A DNA stretch of 63,829 nt, the filler included, from Octopus bimaculoides (lineage: Eukaryota): NCBI RefSeq assembly GCF_001194135.2. It is 6 parts of 6 records of this genome, joined end to end, with 100 filler letters (N's around TTAATTAATTAA, not from the genome) between each part and the next. Parts side by side here need not be neighbours in the genome. Positions count along the whole stretch, not along the records: positions 27,689 to 33,503 come from NC_068997.1; positions 33,604 to 58,681 come from NC_068981.1; 4 more parts are not named here. One strand, 5' to 3'. This document shows, piece after piece, positions 28,665 to 41,956 of this stretch (within the stretch, counting starts at the first letter, position 1; the number at the start of each line of letters is the position of its first letter). The position numbers and the translations under genes were made by a program. The notes below the pieces were generated by a model. That model had not been told where the DNA came from. It made no database searches and saw nothing but the letters and a program-made list of their open reading frames with translations.

Positions 28665-29037
28665 GGAGGCGCAATGGCCCAGTGGTTAGGGCAGCGGATT
28701 CGCGGTCATAGGATCGCGGTTTCGATTCCCAGACCGGGTGTTGTGAATATTTATTGAGCGAAAACACCTAAAGTTCCACGAGGCTCCGGCAGGGGATGGT
28801 GCCGAACCCTGCTGTACTCTTTCACCACAACTTTCTTTCACTCTTACTTCCTGTTTCTGTTGTGCCTGTATTTCAAAGGGCCAGCCTTGTCACACTGTGT
28901 GTCACATTAAGGGTGTCACATTAAGGGTACACGTGTCTGTGGAGTGCTCAGCCACTTGCACGTTAATTTCACGAGCAAGCTGTTCCGTTGATCGGATAAA
29001 CTGGAACCCTCGACGTCGTAAGCGACGGTGTGCCAAC
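28665..29037 (+). mobile_element. tRNA-derived SINE family B, full length
   Basis: GGAGGCGCAATGGCCCAGTGG (A box), GGTTTCGATTCCC (B box), 3' hairpin CGTCG-TAAG-CGACG then CCAACA. Flanked by a 36-bp direct repeat. Antiparallel copy at 38290-38638. Confidence 0.9.
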
Positions 29038-29158
29038 ATATGTTCATATTTAAGGACTGTCTACATGAAGACACCAATCTTGTGGCTAGTATGTTTGTTT
29101 CGCGATTGTTAAAGTAATGATTTTGATCCCAAGCAGGGCAACGAATTCTTACTTTGTG

Positions 29159-29262
29159 GAGCAAAACACTTTCTTCCGTGTTGCTTCATTCCACTCTGCT
29201 GAAAATGAATGCCACTAACAACAATCGGGGATAGATCTTGCGATAGACTGGCGTCTGGTTCG
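29159..29262 (+). mobile_element. Diverged SINE family C central fragment
   Basis: GAGCAAAACACT...CCACTCTGCTGAAAATGA...TTGCGATAGACTGGCGTC aligns to family C. Confidence 0.55.
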
Positions 29263-29654
29263 TACAAACTCAGACAGCGCTAAATAGATGCAACCCTTTT
29301 GAATGTTAAGAATCATGGTTCTGAAGAGTGAGAGAACTAACCGTTTAGTATTCGGTTTACGTCATCAAATTAATTCATATTGCTTTGAATTTATCCTGCA
29401 CTATCTTGTAACTTCGAGATTTAAATAATGCGATTGTTATTTTAGAATGACATTGTAGGGCGACAGTGAAAAAACTGGATTTGGCCAGTTTGAGCATAAA
29501 GCAGGTAGAATATTTTGGTTGAATACGACCGGTTTAATTGTTAAAAGGCTAAATGCACGATGTTTGCACGGGTGAGAATTAGACGTTATGGAAATGATAT
29601 GGAAGAGACTTATTATGCGACATGACGCTAGAAGACGATGGAAATTAAGTAACA

Positions 29655-29840
29655 TGGCATTAGCACGCCGGGCGAAATGCGTAGCGATATTCTGTCTGTC
29701 TTTACGTTCTGAGTTCTAATTCCGCTGAGGCCGACTTTGCCTTTCATCCTTTCGAGGTCGATAAATTAAGTACTAGTTGCGTACTGGGGTCGATCTGATT
29801 GACTGGCCCCTTCCCAAATATTTCGGGCTTTGTGTCTAGA
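29655..29840 (+). mobile_element. SINE family D copy running into a gap
   Basis: TTAGCACGCCGGGCGAAATGC...GAGTTCTAATTCCGCTGAGGCCGACTTTGCCTTTCATCC. Confidence 0.8.
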
Positions 29841-30864
29841 NNNNNNNNNNNNNNNNNNNNNNNNNNNNNNNNNNNNNNNNNNNNNNNNNNNNNNNNNNNN
29901 NNNNNNNNNNNNNNNNNNNNNNNNNNNNNNNNNNNNNNNNNNNNNNNNNNNNNNNNNNNNNNNNNNNNNNNNNNNNNNNNNNNNNNNNNNNNNNNNNNNN
30001 NNNNNNNNNNNNNNNNNNNNNNNNNNNNNNNNNNNNNNNNNNNNNNNNNNNNNNNNNNNNNNNNNNNNNNNNNNNNNNNNNNNNNNNNNNNNNNNNNNNN
30101 NNNNNNNNNNNNNNNNNNNNNNNNNNNNNNNNNNNNNNNNNNNNNNNNNNNNNNNNNNNNNNNNNNNNNNNNNNNNNNNNNNNNNNNNNNNNNNNNNNNN
30201 NNNNNNNNNNNNNNNNNNNNNNNNNNNNNNNNNNNNNNNNNNNNNNNNNNNNNNNNNNNNNNNNNNNNNNNNNNNNNNNNNNNNNNNNNNNNNNNNNNNN
30301 NNNNNNNNNNNNNNNNNNNNNNNNNNNNNNNNNNNNNNNNNNNNNNNNNNNNNNNNNNNNNNNNNNNNNNNNNNNNNNNNNNNNNNNNNNNNNNNNNNNN
30401 NNNNNNNNNNNNNNNNNNNNNNNNNNNNNNNNNNNNNNNNNNNNNNNNNNNNNNNNNNNNNNNNNNNNNNNNNNNNNNNNNNNNNNNNNNNNNNNNNNNN
30501 NNNNNNNNNNNNNNNNNNNNNNNNNNNNNNNNNNNNNNNNNNNNNNNNNNNNNNNNNNNNNNNNNNNNNNNNNNNNNNNNNNNNNNNNNNNNNNNNNNNN
30601 NNNNNNNNNNNNNNNNNNNNNNNNNNNNNNNNNNNNNNNNNNNNNNNNNNNNNNNNNNNNNNNNNNNNNNNNNNNNNNNNNNNNNNNNNNNNNNNNNNNN
30701 NNNNNNNNNNNNNNNNNNNNNNNNNNNNNNNNNNNNNNNNNNNNNNNNNNNNNNNNNNNNNNNNNNNNNNNNNNNNNNNNNNNNNNNNNNNNNNNNNNNA
30801 GCTCAGATGAGCTTGAGCTGATTTATCACGAAAGGCGTTCCAACCACGACTAACATACATTTTG

Positions 30865-30937
<73 letters not shown>

Positions 30938-31826
30938 ATATGTTTATATTATCCAATGTATCATTCTTTCTGTAAGACGCAGGAATTTGAGAAAATTAGG
31001 CTGTTATTTTTAATTCGCTAAGAGTCCGGTTGAGTAGTAGACCCGTTAGAGAACCAGACAAAATACTTAACGGCATTTTTCCCCTATACTTTACTTTCTG
31101 AGTTCAAATCCCGGCAGCGTTAACTTTGCTTCTCATTCCTCCGTTGTCGACTAAATAGAATACTTGTCAAGTACTGAGTACTTGGTTGATTTTTATCGTC
31201 TTACTCTCAATTCTATATTGTGCGTTCGCTTAACATTTTCTTCTACAAAATTCCTCCAGCCATCAGCCTCTTGGTGCAGAACAAATGCCATACAGCTATA
31301 GGTCAACCCGAAGCTATAGTAAAAGGTACTTTCCAAAGATGACACAGAGGATTAATCCTGGAACCACGTTGTTGTGAAGTGATATATATATTTTTTTTAA
31401 TTACTGTTACCCATCTATGCGTATAATAGCGAAATTCATATATGTATTCTCAACAATCGGACACTACTGACACACAGGGAAACATTGTTTTCTTTCAGTA
31501 AGGATAACAAAGACTATTAAATAATAAAATACAACTCAAATAAATGGAGGGTTTTTTTTTATTAGTAGTTTCATCATCATCATCATCATTTTTATTATCA
31601 TTATTAGTTTTATTAAGAAGAATATGTAAAAAAAACGTTTACAAAACAATATATTTTTTTATATATGAACGCTTCACATCCCTTTGTTTAGTGTCATTTA
31701 CCTATTTATCTATCTATCGTTAGGACGGGTTTAGAAAACTATTTCGAATTCATAACATTAGAGTTGTAGGAGAAAGGGATTGTGCAAACAAGACTGCCAC
31801 AAGGGTATTCGGTGGTGTATTCAATA

Positions 31827-31867
31827 GCCGCAGATAGATAGATAGATAGATAGACAGATAGATAGAC

Positions 31868-31902
<35 letters not shown>

Positions 31903-31903
31903 C

Positions 31904-31960
<57 letters not shown>
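31827..31960. repeat. (AGAT)n microsatellite
   Basis: Directly visible. Confidence 0.95.
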
Positions 31961-31961
<1 letters not shown>

Positions 31962-32394
31962 GTGAAACTAAAAAAAACGGGTATGAAACGAAAAAAAGGC
32001 ATATATATATATATATATATCAGATTGTGGGTTCAAATGATTGTCTTCAAGTGTATGTGTGTGTGTGTCTAAGTGTGTGATAACCGGGGTTATAAATTCA
32101 TCACTGGAGATATATAAGGTACATCTTCGTTATAATTCTACATGGCCAGTCTGACATGAATAAATTTAGACTACAGAGTATAAGATAATATTATATATGT
32201 GTATACATGTAAGGACGAAGATCCAACCGTGTTTAGAATGGGACTAAATGAATATAATCTCCAAATTTTCCTTATGTCCAGACGAAGGAGTTCTAACGTC
32301 GAAATACTGAAGAAATGCAAAACGTAATATTACCTGTAGTTACCTGTTATCTCTTCCAGTGTTTCAGTCATTTTGCATTGTCTCGGCAATTTTT

Positions 32395-32471
<77 letters not shown>

Positions 32472-33372
32472 CATACATACATACATACATACGTACATAC
32501 ATACATATTGAGATTCGGGAGAAAACTTTGAATTCTGTGCAAAGCTCGTCAACTGATATTGACTACCTGATGTCATCATACAATAGAAGCCTATATATAT
32601 ATATATAGATACACACACACACATACATATACACATATATATGTATATATACACACATACATACATACATACATATATATATATATATATGCATACATAT
32701 ATATATATATGCAAATTTAGAAATAGCAGTCAAAGAACTACTAATTCTAACTACAATTTTTTCTCCAACTGATGGCGATATTTATGGCACACGTTTCGTG
32801 ATTAGAATATAAAATTCTTTTCCACTCATCAGCATGATATACAGAAAATAAATCTGAAAACGCTAATATATTCATGCATATTTGACCATGCGACATCAAA
32901 TATCACATAAGAAAAAACATCCACAAATTTATCGACTAGTGAGTTCCGTATCCCTCCTCAAAATTATCCCATGTGCGTCACAAATAGTCCCGCTGAAAAG
33001 ACTGCAGTTTAACCATCCAAGAGAAGACCATCAATATAAATATAGATATAGGGCAGGGAATAGCCAATTAGTTAATAAAATTAATCTCTAGATTTATATA
33101 AGTGACCCAGAACGGGTCGAAATATGTGTCGTACTAAATAAAACCTTTTTTTCCCCATCTATTTTATTAACTCTGTTACCTCAACCTCCACTACGAAGTT
33201 CCTGCAATCTACGGATAATAACAGGTAATCGAAGCTGTGCTGGAGCTTTACTCATCATCCACTGATACATTTTGTATAATTTCTCCATTATATATATATA
33301 TATATTATGATTGACCGTTGACTGGACACTATTAAATTTTTTTTCTCCGTGTTTTTCTCCTTGTCTCCGTAT

Positions 33373-33409
33373 TCTTTCTGTTGAAGAGCGTAGCTCGAAA
33401 CGTCAAAGA
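33373..33409 (+). ncRNA. Minimal type I hammerhead-ribozyme-like motif (Penelope-type, variant core)
   Basis: TCTTT-CTGTTGA-A-GAGC-GTA-GCTC-GAAA-C-GTC-AAAGA: 5-bp stem I, 4-bp stem II, loopless palindromic stem III (ACGT), GUC cleavage triplet. The core has U instead of A at position 6. Confidence 0.6.
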
Positions 33410-35634
33410 CTTTCCGTATTCCCGAGCGTCATACTAATACATCCTTTTGTTATTTACACCACCTGTCCTCGTCTGTTGTTGTTTTTTCGTATATTCTCCT
33501 ATANNNNNNNNNNNNNNNNNNNNNNNNNNNNNNNNNNNNNNNNNNNNTTAATTAATTAANNNNNNNNNNNNNNNNNNNNNNNNNNNNNNNNNNNNNNNNN
33601 NNNAGGGTTTATGCATAATTGACTATAAAAAAAATTTGGCATGGGAAACAAAATTAGAAGAAGGCGTGAAATAAAACGTACCTGTAGGAAGAAAACTACC
33701 AGAAGTATTTTGATTATGAGGATTGTGTTCTCCGAGTTACTTACGTAATGAGAGCGAAGGGTAAATTACTCTGGCTGCTCTCTTCGCACTCTCTCCAGTA
33801 ACGTACCTTATACCATTTCAATAAATTTCCTACAGGATAGCACCTCCTCCCTATTGAAGTAGTTGATGAGCGCTTTGTTGACCGCCTCCACTACTTTTAA
33901 ATTTGTTTATCATTCAGTCTCTTTCTCGCCTTAACAACTAGAAAGCAGTAAAATGCCTCTCTTTCTCGGCTTTAAGAAAACAATGGTCGATCCGAGCGAT
34001 GAGCTCCGCTGATAGCTGGCGCCGTCTTACACCCGACAAGAGCTATTCAACATATCCGTGGCAAGTATAGTGCAGAAGTTCTTAGCAACATGCAGTAAAT
34101 AGTATTTCAATTTTGCTGATCAAATAAATTCTTTTCTTTTTTCCTTGTTAGTGTTGACTAATAATTTTATGAATATTGACGCTTTTCCATGGAGTAATCT
34201 AGTAATTTTATAATATGCAACAAGTGATTAATTTTTACCTTTTACTATCTGATAATTTTTATGAATATTGGGACGTATCAATATTCATAAAATAATCAGA
34301 AATATCGATGAAAAAATTTTAATTTGATTAGCAAAAATTAAGAAATACGCTTACCAAGCATTGCGTTTACCCCACACGGGACAGTGTCGGAGTCGATATT
34401 TATGAGGATTTTGCTGCGCGTTGATAAAATTACTAAATTACCACACGGAGAGGATCGATATTTATAAAATAACTAGTTACAGTAACGAGAGAAAATAAGA
34501 AATTGATCAATAAAAATGATTATGCTTGATACGCATTTCTGTACTACATTTAGCAAGAATAGTTCGGCATAAATCCACAAGACACTAATGCACAGGAACT
34601 GGACGAATGAGCGCAAAACGGTTTCATTTCCCTCGCCTTTTAGACAAACTCGGATGATAGCCACTATAATATACTTTATCTAGGACCCTCAATTCGTGAT
34701 GGCATCGTAGGCGTGGTGTCGTGCTACAAGGTGTAGTTTGGGTAATTTTAGACCTGGCAGGGCCCATCCCTCTCCAGGTCAATTCTTCAGGTCACATAGA
34801 CAAACATACAGCAGAAAGAAAGAAAATAAGAATCTACCTCAGCACGGAACTAATAAATTATTCATTGACTCTCAAAAGATGAAAGGCGAAGTTGACCCAG
34901 TCTGATGTGCCCCAGCCTCTGAAAACTTGATTAAACCCATTTGCGTTTACTGATGGTCAACTCTATCGAAGGCTTTCGATTAATCTAAATGGATTAGAAC
35001 CCCAATTAAATATAATGAATAAGTCCCAATCGTGAACATCTACCTTGGGAAAATTAGGGATTCGCAGAAATCCCTAAATATCATTCAACACTAAATCAAG
35101 GGCTTACTTCCTTATTATGAACTTTGCTTTTCATCTTTCTGGGGTCAATAATAAATTATGAGATTCCTGAGCTGTAAAATGGTGAAATATTTAATAATGC
35201 CGAACGAGTTGCTTTTCAGTGATAGACTTAAACCATCGTCCAGTTTAACACCACCACCTGGTTCTTGAGCGCCTTTAGAAGAGGTCATTTTCTCGCAAGC
35301 ATACAAACCAGGTCTCCAAGTTGAGAGTAATGTCCTGTCTTCTTCCACCAGCAGTGGAATAAATGACAAAAAAACACAACAAACAAAAAAGTAAAATACA
35401 CGTATATTATACATTAAACGTAATCAAACACACCCGGGCACTTAGAATGCAAGAATTATTTTTGTATGTCTACATACACCAACATATATGAACACATTAA
35501 CTCACTATTGTGCACACGTATATATATACATAAACGTGTTACATGTGCGCGCGCGCACACACACACACGCACACACGCACACACGCACACACGCACACAC
35601 GCACACACGCACGCGCACATGCTCACACACGCAC

Positions 35635-35686
<52 letters not shown>

Positions 35687-36249
35687 AATATGTAATTTTT
35701 CAGAGCTAAGATTACAATGTTAATATTAATCCATTTCCTAATGACCTTTAGAAATTCAAAATATACAACCTTAATTCCACCAGACTTGCTTGAGTCTGTC
35801 TGACACATATCGACTCCATCGTGGTTGTTATCAAATACAGTTTCAAATTTACTAAGATTATCAGCTAATTTCCACCGGAATATGTTTTTACTCTGTCAAC
35901 CTACGCAGCCTGATCATCGCCAAAAATAAAATGCTGGCGTATTTTAGAAATGAACCCAACAGTTTTTATATGGTCATGCGGCACCAACCAAATTACCTTT
36001 AAATTATACCCCCGCGTCTATTAAAGGGCGATAGAGACTAGATAACGTGGTCCTAAATACACAATATCCGATAAACGTGCGAGATTCTTCTGATTAGGGT
36101 TACTTTGATCAGAGGTCTTGACAGTTTAAGAATGATTTTGGATAATGACCACACCAACGACCGATGAAATCGGTTTATCTAGAAATAGATAACCGACTAA
36201 TTATTGGGTTAGGAGTTATCAACAAGTTTTGGAAATAACGTTTAGCAGC

Positions 36250-36760
36250 GTCACGTCAAAGTTCGTTGGATATTGAGAATTCCGTTAGTGCAATACAGCA
36301 CACTATAAACATAATGTTACAGAATTTATACAATCATGCTACTCTATTCCTTCTACATATCACTAAAAACAAAAAAGGAAACAATTGCTTATTTGTTGCA
36401 GGACTGAAGTTCCACCATTAGACCCAAGTTATGCCCAAACCCAAAGGAATTTCGACGGGCTTCTGCTGGGCTCTAATCTTTACCAAGTTTTAAAACAGAT
36501 ATTAAGTATTGTTACACGATAAATATAATATATACTTAAGATATGTGGACGACGTGTTAGCCATAACTAAAAAGACACAAGTACATTTAAGAAGAGGGAG
36601 ATAAGCTAGAAATTCAACTCCGTTCTGAAATTCACAAGCACGAATCTTACATCAACAAGACTCCCGTTTTCAAATATAGATGTGAATTTTTTTCTGGAGA
36701 TAACCCTGCAACCTCAGTCGATATTTAATCTCACCGATACTTCAACAGGTGTTGTGAAAC
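36250..36760 (+). pseudogene. Penelope-like element reverse transcriptase relic
   Basis: Broken-frame motifs in RT order: SLDIENSVSAIQHTINIM, PKGISTG, YLRYVDDVLAI (YVDD at 36542-36553), FNSVLKFT, RLPFSNIDV. Several stops and frameshifts. Confidence 0.7.
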
Positions 36761-37142
36761 CTCGCGTAGAATAATAGAACATGTAATTAAAACCCTTCTT
36801 AAGCGCGTTTTCAGTTTCATTTTGTTTTTGCTCATCCAGACAAAATTTGTTGTTAACGCGTAGTGTGGACTTGGATAAAAAACAAAACAAAACAAAACTC
36901 TTCTTTAAAGATAGCTTCAGTCGGAACCTTAATTTTAATAACCATTGCTTTTCTTTTTTTCATAGGAAATGCATTATATCCTGTTTCTAGATAAAATAAT
37001 CGCGCCATTAGAGAGTGGAAATAGTACAAGATTCACTTAGTTATAGACATCCCAAACGTATATTCAAAGAAGGTTGCATAAAAGATAGACTTTATACACG
37101 TACGCTCGCACGCTCACCTGCACGCACACATATGTATATGTA

Positions 37143-37241
37143 TATAGATAGATAAATAGATAGAGAGAGATAGGTAGACAGACAGACAGACAGATAGATA
37201 AATACATAGATACATAGAGAGATAGAGAGATAAATAAATAA

Positions 37242-37305
<64 letters not shown>

Positions 37306-37309
37306 ATAA

Positions 37310-37378
<69 letters not shown>
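37143..37378. repeat. (AGAT)n/(AAAT)n array
   Basis: Directly visible. Confidence 0.95.
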
Positions 37379-37379
<1 letters not shown>

Positions 37380-38289
37380 GTTTTTATTGGAAAACTATAT
37401 ACAGATCGATGAAATAAGTACTCGTCTGGTATGAGGGTAATATGATATATTAAAACCTTGGCATTTCCACAATCCAGTGACTGAGACCAGCACAAGAGTT
37501 TATCTCATTTTGCAGATTAAAAAGATTTGTTTAGCATTATAGGGTGGTGCTACGTTTGGTGAATACAAATTTAGCAGGGCATAAGCGGAAGTCGATGTAA
37601 TGAACGTTATGTAATGTACGTTATCCGGACTGTACTTCTCCCATCTCCGAAAGAGACTTGGTGGTCTTAGGTTGGATTACATTTTAGTTCCAGCTGACCT
37701 GGAACTAAACCACAACATAAATAATGAGTACACGTTTACTGGGATTCATTCAGTCGAATCCACAACTTCCATTTCCCTCCCATCCTTGAGTCTTCAACGC
37801 CTGATGGAGCTTTAGAGACATCATCATGACGTAGGGAGTGTTGTGGTTATTTTAACTAGAAGAGCCCATCCTAATACACGTCTCAACATGGAGTGGGGTT
37901 TCAAGAAACAGATAAAAAAAAGGGGGAAGATAGAAAACGGAAAAGGAAAACGTGAGGATGAGAGAGATCAAGAATCGATCGCAATACTAGACCAGTACAA
38001 TTAAGTTAACATTAACGGGAATTGAATTGCATAGCGCAGAGATTCTATCTGACGGCCTACTGACTCAACCAAATTCATCGTTTCACGCTTACTTTATTGA
38101 CTACGAGTAAAAGGATAAAACAGATTTAATTTGGCGACATTTAAACCTACAATGAAAATCAAAAAAAATAATTTGAGGAGTGCAGAGATTCATTGCTTCT
38201 CACGAATATTAACCCTGATACGCCGTATTCTCGCTAAAGCGGGAGTAAGTTGAACATCATCTCTGCTCCCGGTAAAGCAGTAATGAACA

Positions 38290-38638
38290 ACTTGTTGTTG
38301 TTGTTGGGACTCCGTCGCTTACGACGTCGAGGGTTCCAGTTGATCCGATCAACGGAACAACCTGCTCGTGAAATTAACGTGCAAGTGGCTGAGCACTCCA
38401 CAGACACGTGTACTCTTAACGTAGTTCTCGGGGATATACAGCGTAACACAGTGTGACAAGGCTGGCCCTTTGAATTACAGGTACAACAGAAACAGGAAGT
38501 AAGAGTGAGAGAAAGTTGTGGTGGAAGAGTACAGCAGGGTTCGCCACCATCCCCTGCCGGAGCCTCATGGAGCTTTAGGTGTTTTCGCTCAATAAACACT
38601 CACAACGCCCGGTCTGGGAATCGAAACCACGATCCTAC
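38290..38638 (-). mobile_element. SINE family B, 5' end lost in gap, (CAA)n tail
   Basis: Reverse complement matches 28700-29037 and ends GGAGTCCCAACAACAACAACAA. Confidence 0.9.
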
Positions 38639-38935
38639 NNNNNNNNNNNNNNNNNNNNNNNNNNNNNNNNNNNNNNNNNNNNNNNNNNNNNNNNNNNNNN
38701 NNNNNNNNNNNNNNNNNNNNNNNNNNNNNNNNNNNNNNNNNNNNNNNNNNNNNNNNNNNNNNNNNNNNNNNNNNNNNNNNNNNNNNNNNNNNNNNNNNNN
38801 NNNNNNNNNNNNNNNNNNNNNNNNNNNNNNNNNNNNNNNNNNNNNNNNNNNNTTTTTACCCAGGAGCCCAGATGGAGGGTAAAGATAGACACAGGGACCC
38901 AAGTCTGAGAGAATTAAACATCAAATATTCCAGAG

Positions 38936-39263
38936 CAGGGGTTCTAAACCATTTTTTTAATCTATAGATCCCTTTAATTGCTATTTTAATCTGGTGGACC
39001 CTTATAACCATTAAAAGTTTAAAAACTAGTTTTATAGAAACTTCTTTCAAAATTCCTTAACTTGTGTAGGTTGAATTATGTAAAATGTTAGAGAAAGAAA
39101 CCTAACCGTTTCTTGCAATACATACCAATACATTTAGAATAAAAGTTTATCAGGGGTTCTTAAAATACTATTGTGGATCCTCAATTACTATTTTGTTACG
39201 TGGACCCCAAAAAGTCTTAAATGGACCCTCAAGGCCCATATGAACTCCGGTTGAGAACCACTG
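38936..39263. mobile_element. hAT (Charlie-like) MITE
   Basis: TIRs CAGGGGTTCTAAACC / GGTTGAGAACCACTG; 8-bp flanks TTCCAGAG and TTCGAGAC (6/8 identical). Confidence 0.8.
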
Positions 39264-40859
39264 TTCGAGACAATCTCCCAGTGATTAACTGCTGCCGATA
39301 TAGTCAATCACTAGTTTCCAGTTTCTCCGTACTCTGGATTTTAGCATGAATATTATATTCTTTTATATCATCTAATGTACTAGGCTACCTGTCATCATTT
39401 CTTGCATCAATAAATATAAATTAGCAATTCAGGTGAAAGAATTGTTAGAGCCATGGATAAGATGTTTTGTGGTATCTGTTTCACATTTTGCATTCTCAAT
39501 TCAAATTCTGCCATGTTGCCGATGTCCTGGTGCTATGCACAAATCACGAGTGTCTCTAAACACAGTTTCGATTAGTTATATTTTTTCTGTGTCAGTGTCT
39601 TCTCTCATACCTTTAACTCACTGTCTACGTAATTTCTCTGTTGTACGCTTTTTAATCACTTCTGTCCATCACACATGTTTATGGCTATCCGTATTTTATA
39701 CAAGTCTATCCGTTGTAACTAATAACATATTTTAGCTTCACCTCCTTCTTTTCTCACTTTTATTCTTCTTCATCTTTTTCCTTGTTCTCCCTATCCTTCT
39801 TCCTCTCTTTTCGTAGTTTCTCCGCCTTTCTCTTTAGCTTCTTCTATGTTTTTCTTCCTTCTATTTTCTTCTATAACTGCAACTCATCACCTCTTAGAGT
39901 AAGCCCATTCACTTATTTTTGAATTTATTTTTTTACTTCTTTTCTTCATACTTATTCACCTTTGCATTAACTAACAATTTTCATTTTAATTTCTATCTTT
40001 TACAACGTTCTTGATTTCTAAAATAACTTTACCCTCTGTGTATTTATTATGCCCGTTCACACGGGTGTAGACGTTGTTTATTATTCAGTTTTTAATTCAG
40101 ATTCAACTCGCTTTTAATGTTTATACTTTCCCGTTAGAGTCAGAAAATTTTCGTGCAGCAGATTCCTCTTAGTTTGAATGGTAATACTGTCCTGTTCAGC
40201 TGTTCTAAGTGTCTATTCAATGAGGTGCTAAATAATAACTACTGCACCGTTTATAAATACTTATAAAACATAGTATTCTTCAAAATATATATGTGTGTGT
40301 GTATATATNNNNNNNNNNNNNNNNNNNNNNNNNNNNNNNNNNNNNNNNNNNNNNNNNNNNNNNNNNNNNNNNNNNNNNNNNNNNNNNNNNNNNNNNNNNN
40401 NNNNNNNNNNNNNNNNNNNNNNNNNNNNNNNNNNNNNATATATACCGTATATGCCGGCATATAAGACGCGCTATTATAATTCTCAAATCTAAAAAAAATG
40501 CGACCGCATTACGTGTGGGATACCGAGTTTATGAGTGCATGATGAAACTTATTAAACTTTTTCTCCTTTTTACTTGTAAAGAGGGATGTGTCGTAAACAT
40601 GAGTACGTCTTATACGCCGGCAAGTACACACACACACTATCCATTTGTAATAACTAAATATGAACTCCTATCAGAATTTACATACAATAGGCAAGAAGCA
40701 TTTCTACCCATACTACACACCACTTCCCTTGGATTATGGAACTGTAACTGTAACATCCTACATATATTTTTATTTTTATTCTCTTATTTCCTTTTATATT
40801 TTCTATATCTGTGCTTTTCCAAAATAACTCCTTATATAAAACTCTACAATTTCCCAATA

Positions 40860-40984
40860 TTTCTATCGGTATATTTTGCCGAACTGCTAAGTTAAGGGGA
40901 CGTAAACACACCAACACCGATTATCATATCAAGTAGTAGTGAGGGCCAGATGCAGGCACAATATTACACACACACAAACACACA

Positions 40985-41022
<38 letters not shown>

Positions 41023-41030
41023 AACACACA
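40860..41030 (-). mobile_element. SINE family A central fragment
   Basis: GCCGAACTGCTAAGTTAAGGGGACGTAAACACACCAACACCGA plus CA/CT array; near-duplicate of 41165-41275. Confidence 0.75.
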
Positions 41031-41032
41031 CA

Positions 41033-41243
41033 GTTTTCATCTTTTAGTTCTTTCAGTCATTTGACTTCGGCCATGCTACAGCACCATCTTGAATTGTTTT
41101 AGTCCAATAAATTGATTCCAGAACATTTTTTAAAGCCTAGCACTTATTGTGTCGTTATCTTTTGTCGAACTGTTAAGTTAAGGGGACGTAAACACACCAA
41201 CATCGGTTATCAAGTGGTGGTGAGGGCCTGATGCAAACACAAT

Positions 41244-41276
<33 letters not shown>

Positions 41277-41425
41277 GAAGGGCTTCTTTCAGTTTCCGTC
41301 TATCATGTCCACTCACATGTCTTGGCCCAGAGGCTATAGTTGAAGACACTTGCCCAAGGTGCCATGCAATGGGACTGAACCCGGAACCATGTGGCTGAGA
41401 AGCAAGCTTCTTACTACACAGCCAC
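41033..41425 (-). mobile_element. SINE family A, full length
   Basis: Minus strand GGCTGTGTAGTAAGAAGCTTGC...GGTTCCGGGTTCAGTCCC head, internal (TG)n, 3' CATGGCCGAAGTCAAATGACTGAAAG. Confidence 0.85.
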
Positions 41426-41914
41426 GACAACGCCCGCACACGTACAGACACATGATGAATGTGTCCCCTACACCCCAGTCGTTTTTTTTTTTTTTTCAAT
41501 ATTATAAGAACAATCTATTACATTTGACTGTTATTTCTAGCTCATCGACCAAGCGCAAGCAAGTGACGTCCCTCGTAAAAGTTTGTAAAACAGTTGCTGT
41601 GTTCGTGTGTCCGATTCAATTTCTGAATGAACACTAAGCTGTGCGTGTGTGTATGAGTGTGTGAGTGAGTGAGTGTAAGCTACCGAGGAGGTTAAACTGA
41701 AGACAGGAAGAAAGTTGAAGAGAAAAAGGAAAAGTATTTCGAAGTTCTAGGAGTTACACTTTAAGAGTTGCTATTGTTGTTGCAGTTATAGATGCTGTCG
41801 TAGTGGTTATAGATGTGGTTGAACTATCGCTGTTTTGCTTTCTCGTCGTCGTCGTCGTCGTCCTTGAAGTTCTTACTGCTATTGTGATTGGTTCTAATGA
41901 TTATAGTTGCTGCT

Positions 41915-41956
<42 letters not shown>

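Noticed and set aside
28665-28735. tRNA-like sequences at the heads of families A-D
   Set aside because: They continue into repeated non-tRNA bodies with tails and TSDs and lack complete cloverleaves, so they are SINE heads rather than tRNA genes.
33700-34050. Coding-like minus-strand stretch (VVEAVNKALINYFNREEV...)
   Set aside because: No recognisable family motif and multiple stops.
35145-35414. 89-aa minus-strand ORF and nearby splice-acceptor-like TTGCTTTTCAG
   Set aside because: No recognisable domain and no consistent exon chain.
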